From positions 122,111-186,110 of the forward strand of contig JAPLYL010000002.1 in the NCBI GenBank assembly GCA_026395595.1: a DNA stretch of 64,000 nucleotides, given 5' to 3'. This stretch comes from Candidatus Parcubacteria bacterium. Lineage in GTDB: Bacteria > Patescibacteriota > Minisyncoccia > Phycocordibacterales > CAIJYI01. Shown one piece after another: positions 51,055 through 61,198 of this stretch. How positions within the stretch are numbered: position 1 is the first letter of the stretch; each line of letters opens with the position of its first letter. Below the pieces are notes generated by a model, which worked only from the letters and a program-made list of their open reading frames with translations, was not told where the DNA came from and did no database searches. The position numbers and the translations under genes were made by a program.

Positions 51055-51795
51055 ATGCACCCCATACAACAAAAGATACTCTCTCTGGCGAAGAGTCAAA
51101 ATATCGCCGGGCTTACACTGCGGAAGATTGGCGAACTTATCAGTGAGCCGGACGCTCCGCAAAAGATCAAACACCATATTGATAAACTGAAAGAAAAAGG
51201 ATTATTGCTTTCTGGAGAAGGTGGCAAGCATCTGAAACCCGCTTCTGGTGGAATAGACAAAATGTCCAGTCTTGTATCTCTGCCGATACTCGGCTCTGCG
51301 AACTGCGGGGAAGCAACGATGTATGCCGACGGGGCGATTGAAGGCTATCTGAAAGTATCGCTTCGCATTTTGGGAGAAAAATTCAGAAATAAATTGGATG
51401 ACCTCTTTGTTTTGCGCGCTTCCGGAAATTCCATGAATCGCGCGAATGTTCACGGTAAAACCATTGACGATGGCGATTATGTTATCGCGGAAAGAATTCA
51501 TGAAGCGCCGAAAAGCGGGGAATATATCGTCTCCATTATTGAAGGTTTGGCGAATATCAAAAAATTCCTGATTGATACCAAAAACGAGCATATTATTCTC
51601 GCTCCCGAATCAAGTTTGGATTTTTCACCGATTTATATACATAAAGAAGACTATTCCGGCTATTTTGTTGGTGGCCGAGTAGTAGATGTCATCAAAAAAC
51701 CGGATGAATTCATGGATTCCTCTGCTGGCGATATCCTCAAATACGGCAAACCGATACGAGAGGTAGATTACTCAAGCAAGAAAAAGAAAAAATAA
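51055..51795 (+). CDS. LexA-like S24 family repressor/peptidase
   Basis: N-terminal HTH (TLRKIGELI), LPILGSANCG cleavage site, SGNSM catalytic Ser, NIKK Lys; TTGACG-16-TATAAT upstream. Confidence 0.85.
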   Translation: MHPIQQKILSLAKSQNIAGLTLRKIGELISEPDAPQKIKHHIDKLKEKGLLLSGEGGKHLKPASGGIDKMSSLVSLPILGSANCGEATMYADGAIEGYLKVSLRILGEKFRNKLDDLFVLRASGNSMNRANVHGKTIDDGDYVIAERIHEAPKSGEYIVSIIEGLANIKKFLIDTKNEHIILAPESSLDFSPIYIHKEDYSGYFVGGRVVDVIKKPDEFMDSSAGDILKYGKPIREVDYSSKKKKK

Positions 51796-52895
51796 TGGAA
51801 ACGAACAAGAAAGTTTCTTTAAATAGTAATTTTACGGAATTTTTACTGTATACTACTCCAAACCATAAGGTAAAGGTTGAAATTTTCTTGCGTGATGAAA
51901 ATATCTGGCTGACGCAAAAATTAATTGCACGGCTTTTTGATTGTTCTTCTGATAATGTTTCTTTTCACTTGAAAAACATTTTTGAAAGCGGTGAATTGCT
52001 GGAAAATTCAGTTACCGAGGAATTCTCGGTAACTGCCGGTGATGGTAAAAAGTATAAGACAAAACATTATAATTTAGATGCGATTATTTCGGTAGGGTAT
52101 CGAGTAAATTCCGCCAATGCGACTCAGTTTCGTATCTGGGCGACCGAACGCTTGAAAGAATATATTATCAAGGGGTTTACTATGGACGATGAACGCTTGA
52201 AAAACCCAAATACGATCTTTGGTAAGGATTATTTTGAAGAACAACTGGCAAGAATTAGAAATATCCGATCTAGCGAAAGACGAATGTATCAGAAAGTTAC
52301 CGATATCTATGCTGAATGTAGCGCTGATTATTCTCCAAATAGCGATATAACGAAAGAATTTTTTGCAACAATTCAAAACAAACTTCATTTTGCAATAACC
52401 GGTAAAACTGCCGCGGAAATTATTTATGAAAGAGTAAAAAATGAAAAACCGAATATCGGACTTACTTCGTGGAAAAACTCTCCAAAAGGAAGAATCCGAG
52501 AAACCGATGTTATCATTGCCAAAAATTACTTAAACGAAAAAGAACTTGACCACCTGAATAGAATTGTCACTATGTACCTTGATTTTGCGGAAATGCAAGC
52601 GAAACGAGGCATTCTTATGAGAATGAAAGATTGGACATCAAAACTGGATGCATTTCTGAAGTTTAACGAGCAGGAAATTTTATCCAACGCAGGAAAAATC
52701 AGCCATGAAGTTGCTGAAGCTTTAGCTCTTGAAGAATACGAAAAATACAGGATAGAACAGGATAAAAATTATATTTCTGATTTTGACAGAGAAGTGAAGA
52801 AAATTTTAGATGTAAAGAAAAAACATGCCAAATTTTCGGAAAGTGATAATTTTTTTGATAAAAATGTTGTAAAAGATAAAAATGAAGGAAATTAA
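51795..52895 (+). CDS. RhuM (virulence RhuM family) protein
   Basis: IWLTQK, HLKNIF, YNLDAIISVGYRVNS, ATQFRIWAT, IRSSERR, IAKNYL. Confidence 0.9.
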   Translation: METNKKVSLNSNFTEFLLYTTPNHKVKVEIFLRDENIWLTQKLIARLFDCSSDNVSFHLKNIFESGELLENSVTEEFSVTAGDGKKYKTKHYNLDAIISVGYRVNSANATQFRIWATERLKEYIIKGFTMDDERLKNPNTIFGKDYFEEQLARIRNIRSSERRMYQKVTDIYAECSADYSPNSDITKEFFATIQNKLHFAITGKTAAEIIYERVKNEKPNIGLTSWKNSPKGRIRETDVIIAKNYLNEKELDHLNRIVTMYLDFAEMQAKRGILMRMKDWTSKLDAFLKFNEQEILSNAGKISHEVAEALALEEYEKYRIEQDKNYISDFDREVKKILDVKKKHAKFSESDNFFDKNVVKDKNEGN

Positions 52896-53315
52896 CAAAA
52901 TTAAACAACTTAAAAATGTTATTAAAGATGCAATAGACGAGCGTTTTAATACAGTGATAAGGTAGAAGTTAAACTGGAAGAGATCATAAATAAAGCTGTA
53001 CTTGAATATGAAATGCTTCTTACTGAAGATGTAAAGCAGGTACTTAAAAATAATTATAAAATAGACTTTTATAACCGTGGATATCTTGGTGATAAAATAA
53101 AAATTTACGAAGCCACCGTTGGGAAAAATGAGTTCAGTAAATTATTGTGGAAAATTAATATGATACGTAATGATTTGAGTCACACACGTATTGATAAACT
53201 TTTTTATAAAAAGCAGGATCTATCTCTAAGAGAAACAAAAGAGGTTTTACTTACTGATTTATTTACTCAAATGATAAACCACGGTGAACCATCCTTAAAA
53301 GTGAATTCAAAATAA
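52882..53315 (+). pseudogene. Hypothetical protein with possible HEPN RxxxxH motif, apparently frameshifted
   Basis: ATG at 52882 stops at 52965; second frame open from ~52950 contains IRNDLSH. Confidence 0.4.
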
Positions 53316-53319
53316 TTTT

Positions 53320-54141
53320 ATGCACAACAATTTAAAAAACCTTGCTATTTTTGAAGGGAATCATATTCGCCGGCTGTGGGACGGGGAAAAAGAACTGTGG
53401 TATTTTTCAATTATCGATGTGATTCAAGTTTTAACAGAAAGCCCGAGACCAAGAAAATACTGGAATGCTTTAAAAACAAAGTTAAAAAACGAAGGAAGTC
53501 AGTTGTCCCAGAAAGTGGGACAACTGAAAATGGAATCTCTTGACGGAAAAATGTACCTTACTGATGTGGCGGATACAGAAACGCTTTTACGACTTATCCA
53601 ATCAACGCCTTCTCCAAAAGCTGAGCCATTTAAGCTTTGGTTGGCAAAGGTTGGATATGAAAGAATGAGGGAAATGGGCGATCCGGAAATAGCGCTTAAC
53701 CGAAGCCGTGTCTATTGGAGAGAGCAGGGGAGAAGTGAAAAATGGATTGAACAAAGAATGACAGGACAAGAAACGAGAAATAAACTCACTGATTACTGGA
53801 GCGAGCACAAAGTAAAGAAAGGCGAAGAATTTGCCATATTGACGAACATCATACATCAAGAATGGAGCGACATATCAGTAAAAGAACACAAAGGACTGAA
53901 AGGTTTAAAAACACAAAATCTTCGTGATCATATGAGTGAAGAAGAATTGATTTTTACCGCGCTGGCTGAACTTTCCACAAGAAGAATTGCAGAAACAGAT
54001 AAGGCCGAAGGATTGGAAGAAAACAAAATTCCGGCAAAAAAAGGCGGAAAAATCGCAAAAGACGCGCGCCTCACTTTAGAAGAAAAAACAGGGAGCAGCG
54101 TCATCACTGGTAAAAACTTTTTGTTGCCATCTAAAAAATAA
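53320..54141 (+). CDS. BRO-N domain (antirepressor-like) protein
   Basis: IRRLWD, WYFSIIDVI, RKYWNALK, SPKAEPFKLWLA, NLRDHM. Confidence 0.9.
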   Translation: MHNNLKNLAIFEGNHIRRLWDGEKELWYFSIIDVIQVLTESPRPRKYWNALKTKLKNEGSQLSQKVGQLKMESLDGKMYLTDVADTETLLRLIQSTPSPKAEPFKLWLAKVGYERMREMGDPEIALNRSRVYWREQGRSEKWIEQRMTGQETRNKLTDYWSEHKVKKGEEFAILTNIIHQEWSDISVKEHKGLKGLKTQNLRDHMSEEELIFTALAELSTRRIAETDKAEGLEENKIPAKKGGKIAKDARLTLEEKTGSSVITGKNFLLPSKK

Positions 54142-54204
54142 ATTTTATACAATCTTTAAAACAACCATCTGTGAAAAAATTCTCGGATAAAAACCTTCTT
54201 TTTG

Positions 54205-54281
54205 GTTCAGATGTCCGGTTTTATCGGGCATCTGAACAACGTATGTGTCGTTCAGTTGGTCACAAAATGTGACCAACTGAA
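54205..54281. repeat. Two tandem TCAG-N21-CTGA palindromes homologous to the palindrome inside the BRO-N gene
   Basis: 54205-54237 and 54251-54281 compared with 53499-53527. Confidence 0.8.
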
Positions 54282-54366
54282 ATTTATGTCTATAAACGTT
54301 GTAATTTTTTATATAATACCATTTCTAAAAAACTACTTTATATTTTAAATCAATCGTGCTAACCGA

Positions 54367-54442
54367 AATTACTACCCAAGGTCTCTCCTTTCCCCGTCGT
54401 TTCGCTTCGCTACACTCCTCCTTAAGGAAAGACCTTTGTCCG
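54367..54442. repeat. Palindromic repeat with a second copy inside yraN
   Basis: Reverse complement GACAAAGGTCTTTCCTTAAGGAGGAG matches 24374-24399 at 24/26. Confidence 0.75.
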
Positions 54443-54481
54443 TAATTTCTTGAAATGTTAATGAGTTTTTTAGAAATGGTA

Positions 54482-56581
54482 TTAGATAAGAATAATTCTT
54501 GCATCCAGTACACAGGCACCGTTTCCTTGAGAGAAAACTTTGAGAGGGTTGATATCCACTTCTGAAATCTCAGGGAAATCAATAACGAGGGAAGAAAGTC
54601 TTCCTAACATTTCAACGAGAGTATCCACATCAAGAGGATCTTGTCCGCGAACTCCGTCAAATATCTTTTGCGCTTTAAGGGAACGAACCATTCTCCATGC
54701 GTCATCTTCGGTGATAGGCGCCAATCCAAAAGTAACATCCTGCAAAACTTCCACGTATATTCCGCCGAATCCGACCATAACCGCTTCGCCAAGAGCAGGA
54801 TCTCGTTTTGCTCCCAAAATAATTTCAAACCCACGTCTTTCCGCCATTTCCTCCATAAGAACCCCTTCAATCTTCGCATTCGGAAACTTTTCAAGAACAT
54901 CATGAATAATACGATCGTATTCTTTTCCTGCATCTTCTGGAGGAACGTTGATACGAACCCCCCCTGCCTCGCTTTTGTGTAAAATATCTTCGGAAGCGAT
55001 TTTCATGACAAGTGTCTTTCCAATCTTTTTGGCTTTCAAGAGAGCGTCTTCCCTATCTCTTGCGAATTCAGTAGCAAAAACAGGAAACCCATAGGCGGAA
55101 AAAACCTGCAAAGCTTCATATTCAAAAAGCCATTTTCTTCCTTTCTCTCGAGCCTTTTTTAAAATCATGCTCACCGCCTCGCGGTCTACGTTTTCAAACA
55201 AAAATCGTTTCGGATCTTCTCTGTTAAAATAATCAGAATACAAGGCGAGTTTAGATAATGCATTTGCGGATTCCTCCGGATACTCAATCGTAGCCACACC
55301 ACCTTCGCGTAAAACTTCAATTCCTTTTTCAACAGAAGTTCCTCCCATAAAACAAGCGATGATAGGCTTACCGGTTTGTTTTTTTGCTTGTACGATAGCG
55401 TGTGCCGTTTCTTCAACTTCGGTCATGGTTTGGTGTGTCAAAATAGCAAGCGCCATATCTATGTCAGGGTCTGACATAACAGCATCAAGAGATTTTCGAT
55501 ATCGCAGAGCATCGGCATCTCCAACCACATCTACCGGATTTCCGACGCCGGCTGTTTTAGGAAGAAATTCGGCAAGTGCTGTTCGCGTTTCTTTTGAAAA
55601 TTCTCCAACAATAAGCCCGCGAAGGGCTGCTTCATCGGTAGCGAGAACGCCAGGACCGCCGGCATTAGTTACGATACCAATTCTTTTTCCTTTCGGAATC
55701 GGATTTCGGGAAAATGCTTTTATGTAGTCAAACAATTCAGAAACTTTATCCGCGCGAATAATCCCCGCCTGTAAGAAGAAGGCTTTGTATGATTCCTCTG
55801 CCCCCGCCAAAGCTCCCGTATGAGAAGCACTCGCTCCCGCACCGGCATTGGTTCTTCCTGCTTTAAGTGCAATAATCGGTTTTCTTTTTCCCTCATGCCG
55901 AGCCTTCTGTATAATTTCAATAATTTCGTGAGGATGAGTCAAGTCTTCCAGATACATAGCGATAACGGCAGTTTCGGAATCGTTCAGAAGGAATTCAATC
56001 ATTTCCCTTTCGCTCACCTGAGCTTTATTTCCAATGCTGACGAATTTGGAAAATCCTATGCCAAGTTTTTCAGCATAATCTAAAACAGCAACACACAAAG
56101 CACCGCTCTGAGAAAAAAATCCGACGGAACCGGCTTTCGGCATAACACGAGCAAAAGAAGCATTCATGCGTATACCGGGATTGATGACGCCGAGGCAATT
56201 CGGACCGACAAGAGTTATTCCGTGTTCATTACAAAAAGAAGCAAGTTCATTTTCAGATTGCGCATCTCCCGTTTCTTTGTATCCTGCCGTAATAACAATA
56301 GCCGCCTTTATTCCCAGTTTTTCCGCTTCTTTCAAGGAAATCATGACATCGGAAGGATGGACGACAAATATACCAAGATCAATCGGTTTTCCGATAGAGG
56401 ATACCGTTCCGTAACAAGTGCGGCCGAGAATAACATCGGTCTTTGGATTCACCGGAAAGATTTCTCCTTGGTATCCTTGTTCAATAAGATTTTTTAAAAC
56501 GCCGTAACCGACATGTGTTTCTCTGCGAGACGCCCCGATAACGGCAATGGATTTCGGATCAAAAACAGAATCAAAATTCAT
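54482..56581 (-). CDS. Acetate--CoA ligase (ADP-forming), fused alpha/beta
   Basis: PKSIAVIGAS, GPNCLG, SQSGA, SHTGALAG, HKSEAGGV, DINPL, LDARI. Confidence 0.92.
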   Translation of the reverse strand: MNFDSVFDPKSIAVIGASRRETHVGYGVLKNLIEQGYQGEIFPVNPKTDVILGRTCYGTVSSIGKPIDLGIFVVHPSDVMISLKEAEKLGIKAAIVITAGYKETGDAQSENELASFCNEHGITLVGPNCLGVINPGIRMNASFARVMPKAGSVGFFSQSGALCVAVLDYAEKLGIGFSKFVSIGNKAQVSEREMIEFLLNDSETAVIAMYLEDLTHPHEIIEIIQKARHEGKRKPIIALKAGRTNAGAGASASHTGALAGAEESYKAFFLQAGIIRADKVSELFDYIKAFSRNPIPKGKRIGIVTNAGGPGVLATDEAALRGLIVGEFSKETRTALAEFLPKTAGVGNPVDVVGDADALRYRKSLDAVMSDPDIDMALAILTHQTMTEVEETAHAIVQAKKQTGKPIIACFMGGTSVEKGIEVLREGGVATIEYPEESANALSKLALYSDYFNREDPKRFLFENVDREAVSMILKKAREKGRKWLFEYEALQVFSAYGFPVFATEFARDREDALLKAKKIGKTLVMKIASEDILHKSEAGGVRINVPPEDAGKEYDRIIHDVLEKFPNAKIEGVLMEEMAERRGFEIILGAKRDPALGEAVMVGFGGIYVEVLQDVTFGLAPITEDDAWRMVRSLKAQKIFDGVRGQDPLDVDTLVEMLGRLSSLVIDFPEISEVDINPLKVFSQGNGACVLDARIILI

Positions 56582-56586
56582 AATAA

Positions 56587-56677
56587 TTAGCTTTTAGCTT
56601 TTAGGTTTTAGGTTTTAGCTTAACAAGCAAAGTCGTCATCGTTTTTAGCTAAAAGCTAAAACCTAACAGCTAAAACC
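56587..56677. repeat. Heptamer (TTTTAGS) inverted repeat, no gene inside
   Basis: (ttttagc/g)n ... (c/gctaaaa)n between gltX and the ligase gene. Confidence 0.8.
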
Positions 56678-56734
56678 TCGTTTGTTATTTTATGAAGAAT
56701 TATTTCTTCTATGATACCATGCCAAACGAATAAG

Positions 56735-58438
56735 TTATACCATTTTCAATCTTTGCGTCACTCTTTCTTTTCCCATGACTTTCATAACGGAATGCAAATC
56801 AGGCGTATTGGTTTTTCCCGTCAAAAGAACTCGGAAAATTTTTGCGACATCGCCTACTTGCCCCTTGTATTTTTCCGGTTCAAGCTTGTACGCTTTTGCC
56901 CCATCGGCATATCCGAGTTTTCTTCCAATATCTTTTACTTTTTCAAACCATTCATCTTTCGTATCATTTTCATTATAGGTTTCAAGAAAAGCATTTACGA
57001 TTGACTCGCGATCGTCTTTTGCTGTACCAAAAAGTTCTTCAGATACCGGTTCTTTTTCTCCGAAAATTGAATCAAAGAAATACCCAATTTCAGCATACAA
57101 ATCAGACCATGCACCGATATCCTTTCTTGGACGTGGAGCTCCTTCTCTTTCTATATTCAACGCATCTTTTGTATAGTCGGGATTTCTTTCCATTTCCTCC
57201 GCGAGTTTTTGATTATACTGTTTTGCCCATACAAGTCCTCGATCATATATTTCAGAAGCCTGCAGGTGCGAAACGATTTCCTTACTCACATCATTCAATT
57301 TTACAAAATCAAGCAATGGTCCATTGGAACGAGAGAGGCGTTCAAACGTCAAATGAAATTCACGATTATCTTTTCCCTGATTTTCTTTTCTCCAATCTTC
57401 AAAATCTGAGTTCGCGAGATTCAAAAGATATTCAACGACTGCTTCAGGGAGAAATCCTTCTTCCTGATACAACATCGCATTTGCTTCCGGATCTTTTCGT
57501 TTACTCAACTTTCGCTTCTTGGAAGCATCTTCCATTTTTTGTATCGGAGCGAGGTGTCCATATTCGGGGGGTTTCCATCCGAGCGCTTCAAATAATTCAA
57601 GATGCAAAGGAACAGATGAAAGCCATTCGTCTCCGCGGAGCACATGCGTCGTCCCCATGAAATGATCATCAATAACATGAGCTAAATGGTAACGAGGAAG
57701 ACCGGTTGCGGGAACAAAAATTTTCTTATCAATATCATTTTCCGATAATTCCAAATCTCCTTTCAAAAGATCGTGAACTTTAACCTTATTTTCAAAATTT
57801 CCGTCTGAACGCAGTCGGATAACATACGGCGTTCCCTTGGCTAATTCCGCTTCCACTTCTTCAGGAGAAGCATCACGCCATTTCGCCCACTTTCCATAAT
57901 AACCCGGGCGGATACCGTCCTTCATTTGTTGTTCTCCAAGAGTTTTTGTTTCTTCACTCGTACAAAAACAGGGGTACGCTTTTCCTTGTTCAACCAATTT
58001 TTTAGCAAAAGTTTGATACAGTTTCGCGCGTGCGCTTTGCGTATACGGCCCGTAATCTCCTTTCTCTTCTCCTGAGATAGTCATTCCCTCATCAACGGGA
58101 ATGTTAAAAAAATAAAGAGACTTCACAATAACCTCAGTCGTTTCCGGTTGAGAACGAGCTTCGTCGGTATCTTCAATACGAAGATAAAAAACTCCGTTTG
58201 TCTGATGGGCAAATCGTTCTGAAATGAGCGACGCATATACGCCACCCAAATGCATAAGACCGGTAGGGCTCGGCCCAAGACGTGTCACCATCGCCCCCTC
58301 CGGTAATTTTCGCGGAGGATATTTTTCTTTCCATTCTTCTTCATCCGGAAGTTCACCCGGAAAAAGCTTTGTAACAACATGTTCTGGAAGTATGTGGCTC
58401 TCTTGTTTTTGATTCATGGTCTCATTTATTGTTTTCAT
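56735..58438 (-). CDS. gltX: Glutamate--tRNA ligase
   Basis: RLGPSPTGLMHLG, LRIEDTD, YPCFC, THVLRGDEW, KLSKR. Confidence 0.94.
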   Translation of the reverse strand: MKTINETMNQKQESHILPEHVVTKLFPGELPDEEEWKEKYPPRKLPEGAMVTRLGPSPTGLMHLGGVYASLISERFAHQTNGVFYLRIEDTDEARSQPETTEVIVKSLYFFNIPVDEGMTISGEEKGDYGPYTQSARAKLYQTFAKKLVEQGKAYPCFCTSEETKTLGEQQMKDGIRPGYYGKWAKWRDASPEEVEAELAKGTPYVIRLRSDGNFENKVKVHDLLKGDLELSENDIDKKIFVPATGLPRYHLAHVIDDHFMGTTHVLRGDEWLSSVPLHLELFEALGWKPPEYGHLAPIQKMEDASKKRKLSKRKDPEANAMLYQEEGFLPEAVVEYLLNLANSDFEDWRKENQGKDNREFHLTFERLSRSNGPLLDFVKLNDVSKEIVSHLQASEIYDRGLVWAKQYNQKLAEEMERNPDYTKDALNIEREGAPRPRKDIGAWSDLYAEIGYFFDSIFGEKEPVSEELFGTAKDDRESIVNAFLETYNENDTKDEWFEKVKDIGRKLGYADGAKAYKLEPEKYKGQVGDVAKIFRVLLTGKTNTPDLHSVMKVMGKERVTQRLKMV

Positions 58439-58558
58439 GATTATATACTATATATTACGGCATTTTTTGTTTTTTACAAATGAAAATTCTGCTATGAAAA
58501 TTAAAAATAACGTGGTATTATCCGTTCAGAATGTTGTTTCAACAGAGGAGTACCAAAA

Positions 58559-58747
58559 GTGTCTCAAGTTATCATATGCATCAGTTTACTTTTGCTTGCC
58601 GTTTGTTCAGCCTTCAAAAGCAACATCGCCAAATACCGAAAAGATTTTAAAAAAGCCTCATTTTATGCGTTCTTGGTTTACGCATCCATGTTCTTCATCG
58701 GGATGATGATAGCCCCCGTCGTCATTCAGATTTATTCCCTTTTATAA
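58559..58747 (+). CDS. Small membrane protein
   Basis: AGAGGAG RBS, two hydrophobic segments, terminator downstream. Confidence 0.5.
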   Translation: MSQVIICISLLLLAVCSAFKSNIAKYRKDFKKASFYAFLVYASMFFIGMMIAPVVIQIYSLL

Positions 58748-58885
58748 TTCACCAAACCAAACCCCGCGAGCGCAAAGCGCTTTTGCGGGGTTTCTTGCCA
58801 AATCGTTAAAAGTGTGATATATTACTCCACGTAACAAGTTCTTCTACATTTTTCACAAAACACTATTTTTTGCGAGGCAATAAAA

Positions 58886-59638
58886 ATGACTATGACACTT
58901 TCCGACCGCATTCTTTCCAGACAAAGAAAATGGTATATCCAACCTCTTGACCCCGGGTCAAGCGAAAAAATTTATCGACTTCTCAAGAATGCCAAGTCGG
59001 TAAGGTCAACAGAAACCACCGGATGCCCGAAGGAAAATGGGTATCAATTGAGAGAGGCCGATAGAAAAACCGTGCAGTCTCTCATGGAAGAAACATCTAT
59101 CAAAGGACTCAACTCGGAAGGAACAGACTTCGGTGTAAATTTTTTCGTCTATGTCAAAAACAGCGACGACAAATTTCCCAGATTCTGTTTTGCTTCCACA
59201 AGCGCCATGCGCGCAGAAAATGGAAAAAAACATAAAAAAAGAGAAGGTATCGGGCCGGTTCAGTTAAAAGCCATTCCGTCAGCAAAAATTACCGGAAAAA
59301 AAGAACCCTCTTTTATAATCCCGAGAGTAGATCAAGAAAAGAATGAAGAAGAACTAATCCCCTTCCCTCGTTCTAAACGAAATTCGCTCTATCGTATAAC
59401 CACGCACCACAAAAGAATGATCTCTCTTTTAGAAGAAGAACTTTCTCAAGCGGGCGAAGACATCAAACCAATTCCAAATTTGAGCGAAGGAAACGAGAGT
59501 GTCTGGAATGTTTCTCCGGAGGTTGTCCTGAAATTGAAAATTCATACAAGACTCAAGTTCCTCCATTTTAGAATATGGAAAAAGGACAGCAGTGGAAATT
59601 ACCTTCTCGTCGGCCAATACCCGCGTCAAGTAAAATAA
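58886..59638 (+). CDS. Hypothetical protein
   Basis: 250-aa ORF with GAGG RBS and terminator. Confidence 0.6.
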   Translation: MTMTLSDRILSRQRKWYIQPLDPGSSEKIYRLLKNAKSVRSTETTGCPKENGYQLREADRKTVQSLMEETSIKGLNSEGTDFGVNFFVYVKNSDDKFPRFCFASTSAMRAENGKKHKKREGIGPVQLKAIPSAKITGKKEPSFIIPRVDQEKNEEELIPFPRSKRNSLYRITTHHKRMISLLEEELSQAGEDIKPIPNLSEGNESVWNVSPEVVLKLKIHTRLKFLHFRIWKKDSSGNYLLVGQYPRQVK

Positions 59639-59708
59639 AGAACTATCCGGCGAATTACTCGCCGGATTTTTTATTGCTCCTCTCTCCTATATTCGGTATA
59701 ATTCACCC

Positions 59709-61148
59709 ATGAAAACAGAAAAAAATGAACCATTCCGTTTGGCGCTTTCCTATGATGATGTCCTTCTCGTACCGCATTATTCTGATATTCCCTCCCGTAA
59801 GCAGATAGACCTCACGACCTTGTTCTCCAAAAGAATACATCTGAACATCCCCATCGTCAGTGCCAATATGGACACAGTAACGGGAGCGGAAATGGCCATT
59901 CATATGGCTCGGCAAGGCGGTATGGGAATTATCCATCGTTTTCAAAGTGCCGAAGAAGAAGCGAATGAAGTCCGTCTCGTGAAGCGCTCAGAAAATATCT
60001 TTATCCCCGATCCGATTACCATAGGAAAAGAAGCCACCCTTCGGGAAGCACTCACACTCATGGAGAGAAATCATGTAACCGGAGTCATCGTTATTTCCTC
60101 CGACCGAAGCATTGAAGGAATCCTTACGGCGAGAGACGTTCGTTTCAAAACAGATCTCAACGTTTCCATCAAAAATCTCATGACACCAAAGGAAAAGGTT
60201 ATCATCGCCAAACAAAACATCTCAAGCGAAGAAGCCCTCAAAATTCTTGATAAAAACAAAATTGAAAAACTGCCTCTCGTTGACGCAAAAGGAAAACTCT
60301 GCGGTCTTATCACGGCGACGGATTACAAAAAAACAAAAGAAAACCCGCGAGCATCCAAAGACAAAAGTGGGAGGCTCTTGGTCGGTGCCGCCATCGGAGT
60401 AAGAGACGGAATGGAAAGAGCTGAACTCTTAGTAAAAGCGGGGGCAGATGCGCTTATCATAGACATCGCTCACGGTCATCACAGTACCTGCATAGACTTG
60501 GTTAAAAAACTAAAAAAGAAATTCCCTTCTGTTGATATCGTTGCCGGAAATGTTGCTACCGCAGAAGGAACGCTTGCTTTAATAAAAGCAGGTGCGGATG
60601 CGGTAAAAGTCGGTATCGGCCCGGGAGCAGCCTGTTCTACGAGAATTGTCGCGGGAGCAGGAGTTCCTCAACTTACCGCAGTCATGGAAAGCGTTGCCGT
60701 CGCTCAAAAATTCAAAGTACCCATCATTGCCGACGGAGGAATAAAAAATTCCGGAGACCTAGCGAAAGCCATTGCCACAGGAGCAGGAACAGCAATGGTA
60801 GGAAATCTTTTTTCCGGGTGTAAGGAATCTCCCGGAGAATACTACATTGAAGGAGGTGAAGCATTCAAAATTTACCGTGGACTCGCTTCCCGCGACGCTT
60901 CCGCCGATATGGCCATCCGAGGAGGCGGAGATGTGGAAAAACAAAACCGCACACCGGAAGGTATCGGATATCGCGTAACGTTCAAAGGAGAAGTCCGAAA
61001 AATTCTCGCAGGATTGATAGATGGACTCCAGTCAGGAATGAGCTATACCGGAGCAAAAAACCTAAAAGAATTTTATCAAAAAGCAGAATTCGTCCGCATC
61101 ACCGATGCAGGAATGAGAGAAAGCAAACCGAGAAGCCATCAGGTTTAA
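59709..61148 (+). CDS. guaB: IMP dehydrogenase
   Basis: [18 protein letters not shown] pair, [26 protein letters not shown]. Confidence 0.95.
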   Translation: MKTEKNEPFRLALSYDDVLLVPHYSDIPSRKQIDLTTLFSKRIHLNIPIVSANMDTVTGAEMAIHMARQGGMGIIHRFQSAEEEANEVRLVKRSENIFIPDPITIGKEATLREALTLMERNHVTGVIVISSDRSIEGILTARDVRFKTDLNVSIKNLMTPKEKVIIAKQNISSEEALKILDKNKIEKLPLVDAKGKLCGLITATDYKKTKENPRASKDKSGRLLVGAAIGVRDGMERAELLVKAGADALIIDIAHGHHSTCIDLVKKLKKKFPSVDIVAGNVATAEGTLALIKAGADAVKVGIGPGAACSTRIVAGAGVPQLTAVMESVAVAQKFKVPIIADGGIKNSGDLAKAIATGAGTAMVGNLFSGCKESPGEYYIEGGEAFKIYRGLASRDASADMAIRGGGDVEKQNRTPEGIGYRVTFKGEVRKILAGLIDGLQSGMSYTGAKNLKEFYQKAEFVRITDAGMRESKPRSHQV

Positions 61149-61198
61149 AAAAACAAAAAAGCGTCCCGAATTTCGGAACGCTTTTTTGTTTTTTTACA

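Noticed and set aside
56842-57660. 272-aa plus-strand ORF and similar overlapping ORFs on pnp, rny, nusA and hppA
   Set aside because: Shadows of well-supported genes on the opposite strand
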